From positions 744,001 to 808,000 of the forward strand of contig NC_090602.1 in NCBI RefSeq assembly GCF_000497125.1: a stretch of DNA of 64,000 bases. The letters run 5' to 3'. Origin of the DNA: Spironucleus salmonicida (Eukaryota). How positions within the stretch are numbered: position 1 is the first letter of the stretch; every line of letters begins with the position of its first letter. Both the position numbers and the translations under genes were made by a program. The notes beneath the pieces were generated by a model. It ran no database searches and was not told the DNA's origin. It saw nothing but the letters and a program-made list of their open reading frames with translations. Shown here piece by piece: positions 52,360 through 63,782 of this stretch.

Positions 52360-53880
52360 GTAGAACGTTGCATCTTCAATATTAAACTCAGCCCAAGCCC
52401 CTCTATATAAATACTTAACTATACCACCATTATTTTAAAATGACTTAATTGTCGCATTATCTTTAACTTTAGGATTGTAAACTGAATAATAACTATCAAG
52501 ATCCTTAATCTCAATCTAGCCTTCATAACTAATGAGAGCAAGTTTAATTACGTCATAACAATGACCATGAGTACCATGTGGGTCAGAAAGATCTCCTGCA
52601 AGAAATATAACATCAGGCTTAATAGACTAAATTAAATTTAGGCAAACCTGAATATCTTTTTCGCCTGGCACTGTACGCTTGCCGAAACCAGTACCATAAA
52701 ATGGAAGCCTCATGAAATGGGTCTTGTTAAGAGGATTTTTGAAAAAACCTGCTTTTTCGACACCTGACATAGCCTCAATTTCTCTGCAAATTGCTTTGGT
52801 TTCTGGGTTGACACCGCTGCTAAACAGCTTCTGAGCTTCGTCTTTAGTTAATTTTTCGTGTGAAAGATAATCTTTCCCATTGAAACTGCTCTAAAGATCC
52901 TCATATTTGACTTTTTCATTATTGATTTTCACGCTAAATTGGTCAATTTTGTCCTACACAAACAGATCTGGGCACGCTACTGACCCAGTAACACAGTACG
53001 CGACGTGGAACTCTTTTGCATGGTTGCAGAGGTTCAGAACGACACCCCCGGCCGAAATAACATCGTCGTCAGGATGTGGTGAGAAAAACAAAACCTTCTT
53101 TCCTTCAAACAGCTGCTGCTGAGGTGTGTAAACACGTGATTTCAAATCCGTCAATACGTCTCCCTATGCGATCCGTTCACCGCTCTACTGCGCGTTTTGG
53201 ACGCAGTTGCGCTTCAGCGTGCGCCGGGACTCGTCGTCAGGGTGCATGATCTACGTCAAATTTTGAATCGACAAAATGTCACAAAATGCCTCCCCCTTGA
53301 CGCGCAGAATCTCGCCTACGACGCCGACTTTCGCCTCGATGCAGGCGGCAGCGGAGTCTTTTGAGAGGTCACCCTTGAAAACAGCGATAATTCGCGTGCT
53401 AGTGGAAACCAGCTCCTCCTGCGTGACGATCTCGAATAGGTCCCCCTGGACAGTTTCAGACTGGTACTACGTGGTTTCCTGCTGCTCGGAACCCATGATT
53501 CCGAGGTCCTCCATAATCTACTGCTGCGACTATTTGACCTGGCGTGCGCTGGGCGAGATGAGACCAGCGTCCAGCGTCGCGGGGCGAGCCGTTAGCACCG
53601 CCAGATCGATTTTCGGAGGTTTCGAAACAAGTTGGAAGGGAGAAGGAAGGGCGAGATAGGCGTTCAAGTTTATGGAGCGGACCTGGCCCAGCGTGTAGAT
53701 TTTGAGGGGCGTGGTGGAGGTGGCGGCGAGCTGCTTCAGGATCTGGCGGCCGACGTTTCCGGGCCAGATGGCGATAGTGGAGTTCGCCGGCAGTGCTGCT
53801 ATTTCGGCGGCAGTCTGTGCAACTAAGGCGATTTCGTTATCGAAAATGGTTACTGGCGTTGAATCTACGATGATTTGCAT
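52138..53880 (-). CDS. Long NagB-like protein: degenerate N-terminal domain plus PIG-L/LmbE deacetylase domain (580 aa)
   Basis: FSPHPDDDVISAGG, HFMRLPFY, AGDLSDPHGTH, LYRGAWAE, HRSQ..LGDDFRAF..RAKERN. Confidence 0.88.
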
Positions 53881-54425
53881 TATGAGGAAGGGAAATCAAA
53901 ATATATAATAATATATATTAAATATACGTAAATAAACATAAAATTCTACGGTAAACAATAATATAATATATGGTTTATATATGATTTTAGTTGGAATTGT
54001 AGAGGTATGAGTTGGTTGCAGATTTTGAAGTGACATGGTAAATTTATATTTCTAGAGTAGTGTAAAAGATATATTTGGTAGTTCATTGGGTATATTTTTG
54101 TTAAGAAAACAGGCAAATTAACCTTTAAATAATGTTAGATTGAAAACTTGTGGTACAAAACCAGAAACAACCTTACAGCGTTCTTACTAGTCCGTTTATA
54201 TTAGAAATGATAAAGCTAATCCCGTCAATAAACTTTATTTAAGTCATTTTGCCAATTAAGAAAATTAAATATTCAATTTTATTAAATAGCTTAGTGCTAG
54301 GTTTTTAAAAATTCTATTGAGTGCAGGTTCAACTCTTATAAGCAAAATTTTAGTAAGCAAAATTATACTTTTAACAATCATAAAGTAAGTTAATAAGTAT
54401 AGTAAAGCATATGTTATTTTTTAAA

Positions 54426-54968
54426 ATGGGAGCCCTAGCAGAAGTGATGTCGGCTCAAAAAACCTCAGAACCCGCATCCAGGGAGCCCGTACACGTATCA
54501 TCCCATAAAAAGTAGTAGAATGAGGTATTACAGAGCCTGTCTTCTCTACCATCTACAGAAGTTCAGCAACAGTTGTTGGTGCTTTAGACATAAAATGAAC
54601 CCAAATTCAAGCCTACAGAGCTGATTGGTACCAAAAATAAAGCTAATGCTGAAACTACCAAAAATTCTATTATCGTGAAGCCTGTAATCTAAGAAATATC
54701 ACTGACAGACCATTACAACTCGGTTTCTAAGCAGAAGAAGGATACACCGCTGCTGAACTTGGATCAACTCATTCAGTAGCAGCGTGAATTCCGGAGTAGA
54801 TAACCCGTCCATCGGTTACTTTCGTTGACGAATTCGAGCAAGCTTCGGGGCGTCTATATAGACTAGGATATTTCAGACTAGAGTTCCCTGCCGGAGGGGC
54901 TGGTAGAAAAGGATATGTCACCGTATACGATGGAATACAAACAGTAAGCGCAATAATTCTTTAAATGA
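54426..54968 (+). CDS. MG[VA][LV]-type protein (180 aa, MGALAEVMSA...)
   Basis: Open code-6 frame; stop codon 7 nt from the convergent gene's stop. Confidence 0.7.
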
Positions 54969-54975
54969 CGAAAAC

Positions 54976-55236
54976 TCATTCTACATCGTGTATTGTCTAT
55001 CGGGTGGTAGATTCTTCAACCTGGTCAGTGATGGTGCTTATATATTCTTTTATTGACTATGTCTTGTTGATAACCTCGAATTCGTCTGTGTTTTCCTCGT
55101 CTGCAAAATATTTATTATTATCCTGAACAGTGTTGACTTCATCCGAAATGACAGATATCCGCCCTGCAAATTCGATGGAGGATGGGGAGAACTGCAACGA
55201 TAGCACTCTTTTGGGTTTGCAGCATTTTGCAAACAT
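54976..55236 (-). CDS. Microprotein, 'EFAGRIS' family member 3 (86 aa, MFAKCCKPKR...)
   Basis: LSLQFSPSSIEFAGRISVISD...DEENTDEF. Confidence 0.8.
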
Positions 55237-55778
55237 CTATTTTTTAGAAGTGGTAAAAACTACTATTTTCTAATAGTAAATATTACAATTGCAAATTAAT
55301 ATTAAACTATTATAATAGTAATTTTATATAATTTATAATTAGACTTTCGGTAGAAAACATAAATAGGTTTATTTTCAACCATAGTTAAATTTATATAATA
55401 ATGTGTATGCGAAGGACTGCTTATTAGAAATGAAATCTTAATCACTCAAAAGCTTCTAATACGTAATGCAAAGAATACTCTAGAAAAAATAAGGCAAGCC
55501 ATTGTCCATGTAATTTACCCCTTCTTCTATAGAGTTTTCTGGTAGAATTTATATTATCAACAATGCCGAAAACGATATTCATATTTATGATTATGACGAA
55601 AAAATATACTATTTTTAGTAAATTTCTGTCCCCTAGCGACGTTTTAGTTGACTTAAAATTTGAACGCTATTCATAAATAATAAACTTTCAAATCTCTACT
55701 TTTTAAAATAAAATAAAGCTATAAATTGAATATTTGTAACTAAATAACAGTAAATATAAATTCTTTATCGGTTGTATA

Positions 55779-56714
55779 TCACTTAAATTAACGTCTATTA
55801 ACTTATGGTTAATCATTAGATTATGGTGCTTAGTTAGCATAGTCAGCTGGTTATTGCTATTATTAATCTTATTCATATCTTCTTTCTTGCTATGGTCTCT
55901 ATACATTATCAAATTCACGTCTTTAATAAGGTTGTTAAGTATTATAATCTCTAGGCTATCTTGGTCTATAATCATTTTACTATGGAGGAAATTGCGAGTT
56001 ACTTTAATAATTTGGATTATATGGTCTTTAATTTTATTAATATCTAGGCTGATAAGGTTGTTATATTTCTCTTGATGCGTTGTAATCTCTATTTTATGGT
56101 TGATATGGTCTTTATTATTAATTATAATCTCTAGAATATTAGTTATCATAGTTTCTTTACGGTTGGACAAAATCTTTAGGAGGATAGGCACCTTCTCTTG
56201 GTTATTAAAAATCACGTGATTATCCATAATTAGATTAATATTATTATCTAGGTTAATAAGATCCTCTTTGTTAGTAGTCATCTCTTTGGTTATTACCATA
56301 TTGCTGTTATTAATATTATTACATTTTTCTTTCTCTATTTTTACTACTAATATCCTCCCATAGCTTAGTTTCTTCTTCTGGGGTAAGATTGGAAACAGTA
56401 GCAGTCTGACCTCCTAAAATAATAGGTTCATCAACAGAACCTTTGACTGCATTCTAAACTGCTTCTGGATTTGATTCAGAATTAAAGCGGATAATAGCAG
56501 AATCAGTTCCTACTCTATAATCTATATACTTTACTTCTCCAAACTTAGAAAATATCTCTTTTAAATAATCTCTTGTAACTCTATTTTCCGCTGGATTCTA
56601 AGATTCTGGAATATACTCTTTATCAACTCTACCGTCAGTAACTCCTACCAACCCTATGTTTGCTACTCTAATCATAACATTTGTTGGATATTTTTATTCA
56701 GGGAGAGGATCCAT
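55779..56714 (-). CDS. xRRM (La/LARP7 C-terminal RRM-like) protein with Q/N/Y/R prion-like tail (311 aa)
   Basis: VTRDYLKEIFSKFGEVKYIDYRVGTDSAIIRF...LTPEEETKLWEDI followed by RDY/QPYQPR repeats. Confidence 0.8.
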
Positions 56715-56897
56715 AATACTAAAGTGAAAAATAGAGTGAAAAACTTATTTATTATCATTATTATATACTTTATTAATTTAATACTAGTATATAATTAATT
56801 CATAACATAAGTATTATATTATTATTAACATTTATTATTTTTTAATATGTGTGAGCCGACTGAGACCTAAAAACTCCGTTACTACTCTCTTTAACAA

Positions 56898-58004
56898 ATG
56901 TCATCATAACGCTACGAAACATAGATACAGAACTTGGGCAATGTAGTTTTATCAAACACGCATAAAGATCCCTCAATCTAGCTCGACGAAATGCAACTTA
57001 CAGCGAAGGGCTCGTAAGGTTATCGAACCGTACTCGGGACCCATGGAGTCACGACAGGCACCTATATGTACCAATTTCGGTTCAACTTCCAAACACAGAC
57101 TTCTGCGTTTCGTTGCGGCTTCTAGCCGATTTCTGCAGAATTGGGCGCCCCAGTCGGCTTTGACACGTCCTCCTATGGCATCAGATCCATCGATTTGTCG
57201 ACTGTGAATGGTAGAAAGCGCGAAAATCCACATCCAGACGTTCAGCTTGCGCCAAACGACGTCATAACCTGCCTGATCCATCTACCACTGATCCAGCCCC
57301 CCTTCGACCTACCAGAGGAGACCGAAATGTGTTTCACGAAGGGAAGCTACGCGAGCACTGTAGGACGCAAGGCGGTCGAAAACGACGACTCAGAGGAGCA
57401 AAACTTCCTGGAGTCGGATTCCACGCCGCTAGTCATCCACGAGGGCGCATTCGTGCGCTTTTACGTCAACGAGCGCCAGGTACAGTAGCTGGACACCGTG
57501 TACTACAACCGCTACTACCCAGCGGTTTCGCTCTACCAGTTCTGCGCTGTAACGTGCAATTTCGGCGTCCAGAACGTGCGGCTCCCGAACTATCCTCCAG
57601 AGTGGTACCAGCTACCGTTCTGCCTCGCGAACAGCTCGCAGACGTACGCGCTACTGGGCCAGAACGCGCTCGCGGTGGGCCCCGAGGAGGTCCCAATGGC
57701 GAGCAAGGAGAAGCCCTGCATCGCCTTCGCGGAGTTCCTGAAGAGCCAGCAAAACAGCGAGAAAACGTGCGGCTCCGTTGACATCGAAATCGATCCGGAC
57801 AGCTTCGCGTTCCTGGAGGCGATCCAGGCGGGCGCGCCGGGGCCGGTGCAGGGCTTCAGCGCGCTGTACCTTGCGAGGGCGCGGCGTGACCAGCAGGTGC
57901 TCGCGCAGGAGGTCGCAGCGGGGCAGTACACGGTGGATCTGCACTACGAGATCGCGCGCTTCTACGGAGACGGGAGGTTGCGGATGAAGAAGATGAAGAA
58001 GTGA
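56898..58004 (+). CDS. ASH2: Ash2/Bre2-like SPRY protein (Set1/COMPASS subunit), 368 aa
   Basis: GYRTVLGTHGV..G, LGAPVGFDTSSYGIRS, NDVITCLIHLP, YYPAVSLYQFCAVTCNFG. Confidence 0.88.
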
Positions 58005-58018
58005 GCGGTTGGGTCGGG

Positions 58019-58327
58019 TCACTCGTCGATTGCGAAGATGATCATCTGGTCCTTCAGGTTCGCTATCTTGGGCATGGGCCGCGGCGGCTGGAAGATGCTG
58101 CCGGCCTGGGTGACGATGCAGTCCGACAGGCCCGTGTTCTCCCGCAGCAGCAGGCGGTACGACGAGTTTGAGGCCTCGGGAGGCTTGGCCAGCGGGTGGG
58201 GCGGCGGTACTGGTTTGGCCGGCCGGACCGCCCGCGGTGGGCAGGTGTCGCGGTCGTGCCGGGGCTGGTGGGACAGACACTTCGCGATCTCGTCCTCGTA
58301 GGACTTCCTGGAGCGTTCCATGCCCAT
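58019..58327 (-). CDS. Small Pro-rich hypothetical protein (102 aa)
   Basis: GC3 bias; TATA-like tract upstream; GAGTGA stop. Confidence 0.6.
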   Translation of the reverse strand: MGMERSRKSYEDEIAKCLSHQPRHDRDTCPPRAVRPAKPVPPPHPLAKPPEASNSSYRLLLRENTGLSDCIVTQAGSIFQPPRPMPKIANLKDQMIIFAIDE

Positions 58328-58634
58328 CGGATGGCGGGGGACCTGCTGTATTTTATATATAAGCCATATGTTTGGGGAGTGGGTCTGGTTCGCGCGGCAG
58401 CGGTGCGGCTCCCAGGCGGCTAGCACGCTGCGCTGCTCCTACACCGGGGAGTGGGCTGCGCGGTCCGCCTTTGCGGCAGGCCTGGCACGAGACCGGCTGG
58501 GCGAAACGTCGAAACTGCAGGTCGCGCCGTTGCTCGGTATATGCGCTAATATGCGGCGGGCGTCAGTTGCTGAGTCCCCTCCTAATTGGTCAAAGGGCAG
58601 TAACCCGATAATATACCAGACCCGCTTCCCACGA

Positions 58635-58856
58635 ATGAGCCAATTCACTGGGCCACTGGCCGCCATCGGGCAGACGAACCCCGAGAATGACATTAAGCAG
58701 CAGGTGTACGGGAACCGCCAGCTGAACGTTGGATGCCAGCAGGAGGCCCCCAAGCTCAGGCGAATGCCGTCCGGCATCGCCACCTCGAACGAGAGCATCG
58801 TCATCACCGACCAGGGCAAGGGTCAGGCGCTGCTGGACAACTTGCAGTGGAAGTGA
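58635..58856 (+). CDS. GC-rich microprotein (73 aa, MSQFTGPLAAIG...LQWK)
   Basis: TATA-like and C-rich tract before ATG; AAGTGA stop. Confidence 0.6.
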   Translation: MSQFTGPLAAIGQTNPENDIKQQVYGNRQLNVGCQQEAPKLRRMPSGIATSNESIVITDQGKGQALLDNLQWK

Positions 58857-60804
58857 GGTAGGGTTTTCGTTTTGCAGGCTCGGTGCTGGCGGTTTCTGCG
58901 GCACGCCTTCCCTGGGAGAAGCCACAGCACCATGTGAGGTGTTTTTACTCGCAATATATGTCAGCCAGGTAGCTGCAGCGCGTGGAACGAAGGTCCGGGC
59001 CAGGTGCGTCAGAGGGGTTCTGGCCCGCTCATACGTGTCATTATGGAACGGCGCCAGCTGCCCAGTACCATATTATACCCAGAGATTCGACTCGCTGAAT
59101 CCCGACCCATTCCGGCGCGAACCCCTTCTCGGTGCAGGCCTGGGCACCAGTTCCCAGATGGAGTTTCGTGACGATGCAAGCAGCGCCTAAGATCGACCAC
59201 TTGGAGGAGCGCAGCAGCATGGGTGGTTACTCTCTGAGCGGGCCATGAAGCGCAGGCAGGGGAGCAATGGGCCACTGCATCGCGGGACCCTGAACGGCGG
59301 TAATAGGACCATGCACTCTGGGAGGTTAGGGCGCTTAGGTGGGACTGGTCTTAGCACAGAAGGGGCGGTGTGCGTCGCCCGAGTGAGCAGTCTAGTGGGG
59401 AGCAATAACACCCCGAATACGGGGCGGGAGGCATGGAGCAGTGGTAGTCATTGTCATCCGAGAGAAAGGTGGGCCGCCGTATCCACTCCCCTATTAGGGG
59501 TCGAGCTACAGGGCAAGTAGTAGGTCCACACTCATCTACCGGATACTCTGCAGAGTGGTCATCAACGCGCCTCGTGGTCAATATCTAGTTGCGCCCCTCA
59601 TGTTGGGATGCCTTACTGGCGGCGCCAAATACTCAAGTTGCACTCTGTTGATCAGATGCTGTCGTCGATACCTGCTGACGCTGTCCCTTACTGCGTTCCT
59701 AGCGACAAAATATCCTAACCGCTCTCATGCTTTTACGCCAAACTGCCTAGGGTCCAGGATTCGAGGCGCAAATCCAATTAGCCTGGGCGAGGCCCTCAGT
59801 GATTTGGCAATGCAATCTTGACATTCTCCTCTGCGCCGGTATGGAACGACGCATTTGAGGTAGATGTCGCTTGTTATAAATTTTCATATACCAGGTGTTG
59901 TCGTTCCCTCTGCGACACCGGCGGAGGCTGTTGACTATGGAAGCAGAAAGTCCACTGCGGATGTAGGTATTGTTCTGGGATATCTATTTCACTCTAGACA
60001 CATTGCGAGCCGAAAGGAACTGACAGGGCCCTCCAGCCTTCCAGGAAATGGTGACCCTATTTATGAAATGCGCTGGCTTAAGGAAGACGATTCCACCGAG
60101 CCGCTAGACTGGACTCAGCACAGACTCAGGCGAGCGCGCATATCCCCAGGGGTATGATCCACAAGGTACCAAACTCTGCCAACCTGACCTATTCAGAGCC
60201 GCTAAATCCCGGATGATAGGTCTGGCAGCCGGATGCCGAAGCTCTGACCCGCACAGCAGCACGAGATCTAGCCGTAACGACTTCTACACCAAATCGGGAA
60301 ATGCATGCGGGATATTCCAGGAGCACATTCTCATAGTTTGGTGCGAGCCGAACACTGGGCAGGTACCACGCACAAGTTCCGACCGCGTATCAGAGGGCTA
60401 ATGGGCATAACTACATATATACTGTGTGCATGAGCAGCCCATTTATGACCCAATACCGATGGTAGGACGCCGGGTATCGGCTTATAGGGCAGGAGTCCTG
60501 AGACTGTAGAATCTTTTAGAAGAATCTGACCTTTCTTAAGTTTCTTGAATTGTATACCCCATTTAATTTAGACATACTAGTAAAGTTGCTGAAGTGAAAC
60601 TGAAAAAAAACACTTCATACCGTGTAATCTTCATATATAGTAGAGGGTCCTATTCTTAGAAGAGCGTGTAGAAAGTTTCCTTCATCGAAATAGTAAATAT
60701 GATATAATACCTAGGTATTACCAGCTTTCGTAGATTTCTTGAAGTTTTACGCACCCTATATAACGTATATAATATCACTCTTTAGGTTCCTGCCTTACTC
60801 AAAA

Positions 60805-61110
60805 ATGCTGGGAAATTACTCAGCCGCTACTACCCAGAAGGGCCAGCCCAGACAGCGTCGCGCGTACCATCGCCACAATTGGAGCGAGGCCGAGATATCC
60901 AGCCTGCTGATGCTAGCTGAAACGCACCACAAGCGGTGGTAGTACGTGTCCACCCACTTCCCACGCCTGACCCAGAACCAGGTGAAGAACAAGTACTACT
61001 ACCTGCTGCAGCATCCCCAGGAGCCCAGCGCCAAGCAGATGCGCCTCATCGCCTTCGACCAGGCGGTGCTGGGCGGCTACAATTTCCAGCAGCTGGACCT
61101 CCTGCAGTGA
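60805..61110 (+). CDS. Single-repeat Myb-like protein, copy B
   Basis: RHNWSEAEISSLL...KRWQYVSTHFPRLTQNQVKNKYY. Confidence 0.85.
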
Positions 61111-61565
61111 GGCCCGTCAGCGGTGAGTGACTTAATGCGTACGCTTCACATGCGCTGGGCCGCCTCTTCCCATTTCCGAAAGTATTTGCCTCGGGATATA
61201 TAAGTGTGGCCGCAGTTTTTTATCCAACGCTCCGCTTCTACTCAGCGGAGCTTGTAGGCAGAATCTGGTAAACTTGCGCGATTCTAAATTTAGAATTACC
61301 TTAGTACTCAATCTGGCTGCAACCCGCGGTATGGTGCGTACAAGGGGGTACGACGTTAAAGATCCGCACTTTTTCTACGAAACTGGCCGATCGGTTTTTA
61401 CCCAGAATCCCCCACAATACGATTTGTAGTATTTTTAAAATCAAACCGCGTCGCATTGTTCCTTTCTCGCAGTAATACCCAGAGAATAACACCCCGCTCC
61501 GGTAGTGTGGGCCCACCTCCTCTTTGGGTCCCGCCCCGAGATACTTAGAAACACCCCTCCACCAA

Positions 61566-61973
61566 ATGGATTTTAGCGAGGTACTCGAGCAGATCTCGGG
61601 GATTATCTACTGCGCGAAGACCGCGGTCGCCCCCAGGGCCAGCAAGCCCATGCGCGCCTCCACCTGGACCGCCGCTGAGGACGCCGCCCTCTCGAGCGTC
61701 ATGCGGGCCAGGCCCTGCACGCCCTGGGCCGACATCGCCGCCGCTGTCTCCACGCAGGCGCGGTGCCCCCTGCGCGCCGGCTCCCAGGTGTCCCAGCACT
61801 GGCGCCGCGTGCTGAGCTTCCGCCTCGGAGACGACGCCTTCTCCGCGGAGGAGGACCACAAGCTCAGGCTGCTGCGCGCAGATGGGCTGGCGGACAGCGA
61901 GATCGCCGCGGCCCTGGCTACCACGGAGCTGGCGGTGCGGCTGCGGGCCGTCGAGATGGGCCTTTCGGAGTGA
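61566..61973 (+). CDS. Two-repeat Myb-like protein, copy B
   Basis: As copy A with one T/A difference. Confidence 0.85.
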   Translation: MDFSEVLEQISGIIYCAKTAVAPRASKPMRASTWTAAEDAALSSVMRARPCTPWADIAAAVSTQARCPLRAGSQVSQHWRRVLSFRLGDDAFSAEEDHKLRLLRADGLADSEIAAALATTELAVRLRAVEMGLSE

Positions 61974-62954
61974 GACTAGAATTGTATAATATTTGGGTAA
62001 CATCGCGCGGAATGGAAGGCCCGAGTCGCCCAGGCAGGCGGGCGGGCCGTTGCGGCTTACTGCAGAGAACTAGGGAGAGCTGATAAATTCACGGCCGATA
62101 GCACCGCTACGGCAGGCACACCAGTGAGCCGGAAGACAGGCTGCCTGGACTCGCGGCGCCTCCGACCGCTAGGTGTGCACAGCCAGCCCCCTAGACACAG
62201 CGGGAGAGGCAACACTGGCACGGGCTGCCGAACATGAGCTGGCGAAGGCCGCGCCGGACTCGAGTTAACTCGCCCATTCCATTTAATACCGATATGCTCA
62301 CTTGCGCTCTACCCGCCATTTGGCTGCGCCCACTGCACCATTTCGCAGAGCAAGGTTTCCCATTCCATATAATTCTACTTACTAAGACTCCTAAAGCGGC
62401 AGCCGAGCATGGCCTAGCACCAGTCTCCTGCGCCGGGACTTTAGCTCACTGCGAGTTTAGGGCAGTATGTGGCTGTGCCAAGCGGAGATACCGAACCTCA
62501 CTCCAGCGCGAAGCGCATTGTGTATAAGTTTTAATATTTTTATAACAATGCTATATTTTGTAATTATAAATGAAAAATTTGATAAGTTTAATTAGCTAAG
62601 GACAGTTAGTTCAAGATAATTCTGAATATTGTTATAAACGTAATCATTTAATCTATGGTTTTAATAGGATAAATGATTATTGTTTAAATAATAATCCATA
62701 TAGTAAGATTACTAGAATTTTAAGTAACTTATGGAATCAATTTTAATATATATATATTCTGGCTAAATCTGATGTCCTACAGAAATAAAATCAATACAAT
62801 ATAAAAATTTAGTCAAGTTAAATTAACAGTAATATATTAGCTTAATAATTCTATAAATTGACGAATATAATAATATACCATTTATAATTCAATTAAATAT
62901 CATTTTACTAATTATAAACATCGCACTAACGTCTTGATCCGTTATATGCTATAT

Positions 62955-63309
62955 TTTCATCGTCAAAGCGACCGTGATCAAGTCGTTAGTGTACCTGGCC
63001 CGAAACCGCGTTTTTTGCGTGTTTTCGGGCGAAATTCAGGGGCTGAGGGGGGATTTGTTGGGAAAAAATGTGGAGGATGTGGAGGGGAACGATGGGAACG
63101 ATTTGGAGGTTGGGAAGAGTGATGTGGATGTGGATGGGGTGGGGGAGACCGACCAGGCGATCCTCATGTTCGACGGGTACTATATGCAGGAGCTGGAGCT
63201 GTGGTTGGCGGAGGGGGAATAAGGGGAGGAATAAGAATAAGGAGAATAAGAATAATAAGAATAAGAATAAGAATAATAAGAAGGAGAAGGAGATTTGGTG
63301 GTGGAGTGA
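62955..63309 (+). pseudogene. 5'-truncated fragment of the HEAT-repeat gene
   Basis: Matches 42560..42953; in-frame TGA at 62935 and no ATG before the homology starts. Confidence 0.8.
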
Positions 63310-63563
63310 GGGGAGTGAGTGGGGATGAATGGATGGATGGAGGCAGGTAGGTAGGAGTTGCGGTTTCTTGGGTTAATTCGGCGTGGATTGTAGTAAATGT
63401 GTGTTAGAACGTTTTTAGAAGCATGAGAAACGTGGGATTTGGTATTTTTGAAGCGCGCGGAGGTAGGTCTGCAGCGGAGGTGAATAAACGCAGAAATCGA
63501 AAAACTGAATTTATGAAGTATGCTAATAATACGGTAATAAATGCATTGCCTGGATACTCGTAA

Positions 63564-63782
63564 ATGAACACAATCCAGCGCAGCCTATCGCAAATAGCGA
63601 ATAAGTCTTAGGAAGACTTTCAGACCGAATTGCTGGAGAACAACGCCCTGACTGCGCACGACATCAACGCCGCAGTAGATCCGGTTAAATGTAAGCACGA
63701 CGGGGTCTACGTTTCGCACGATAGCCTGGTCATGAACACCACGCACAGGAACACGCTGATGATGAGCTTCGCGCTGGAGTGA
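63564..63782 (+). CDS. 72-aa 'NALTAH' microprotein, duplicate of 43208
   Basis: Apparently identical sequence. Confidence 0.8.

Larger units (their letters stand above)
60787..62514. repeat. Inverted duplication arm B of the two-Myb cassette
   Basis: Reverse-complement match to 43410..45136. Confidence 0.95.

Noticed and set aside
55703-56299. 198-aa Ile/Asn-rich track ORF
   Set aside because: Alternate frame of the TAA-rich Gln tail of the xRRM gene
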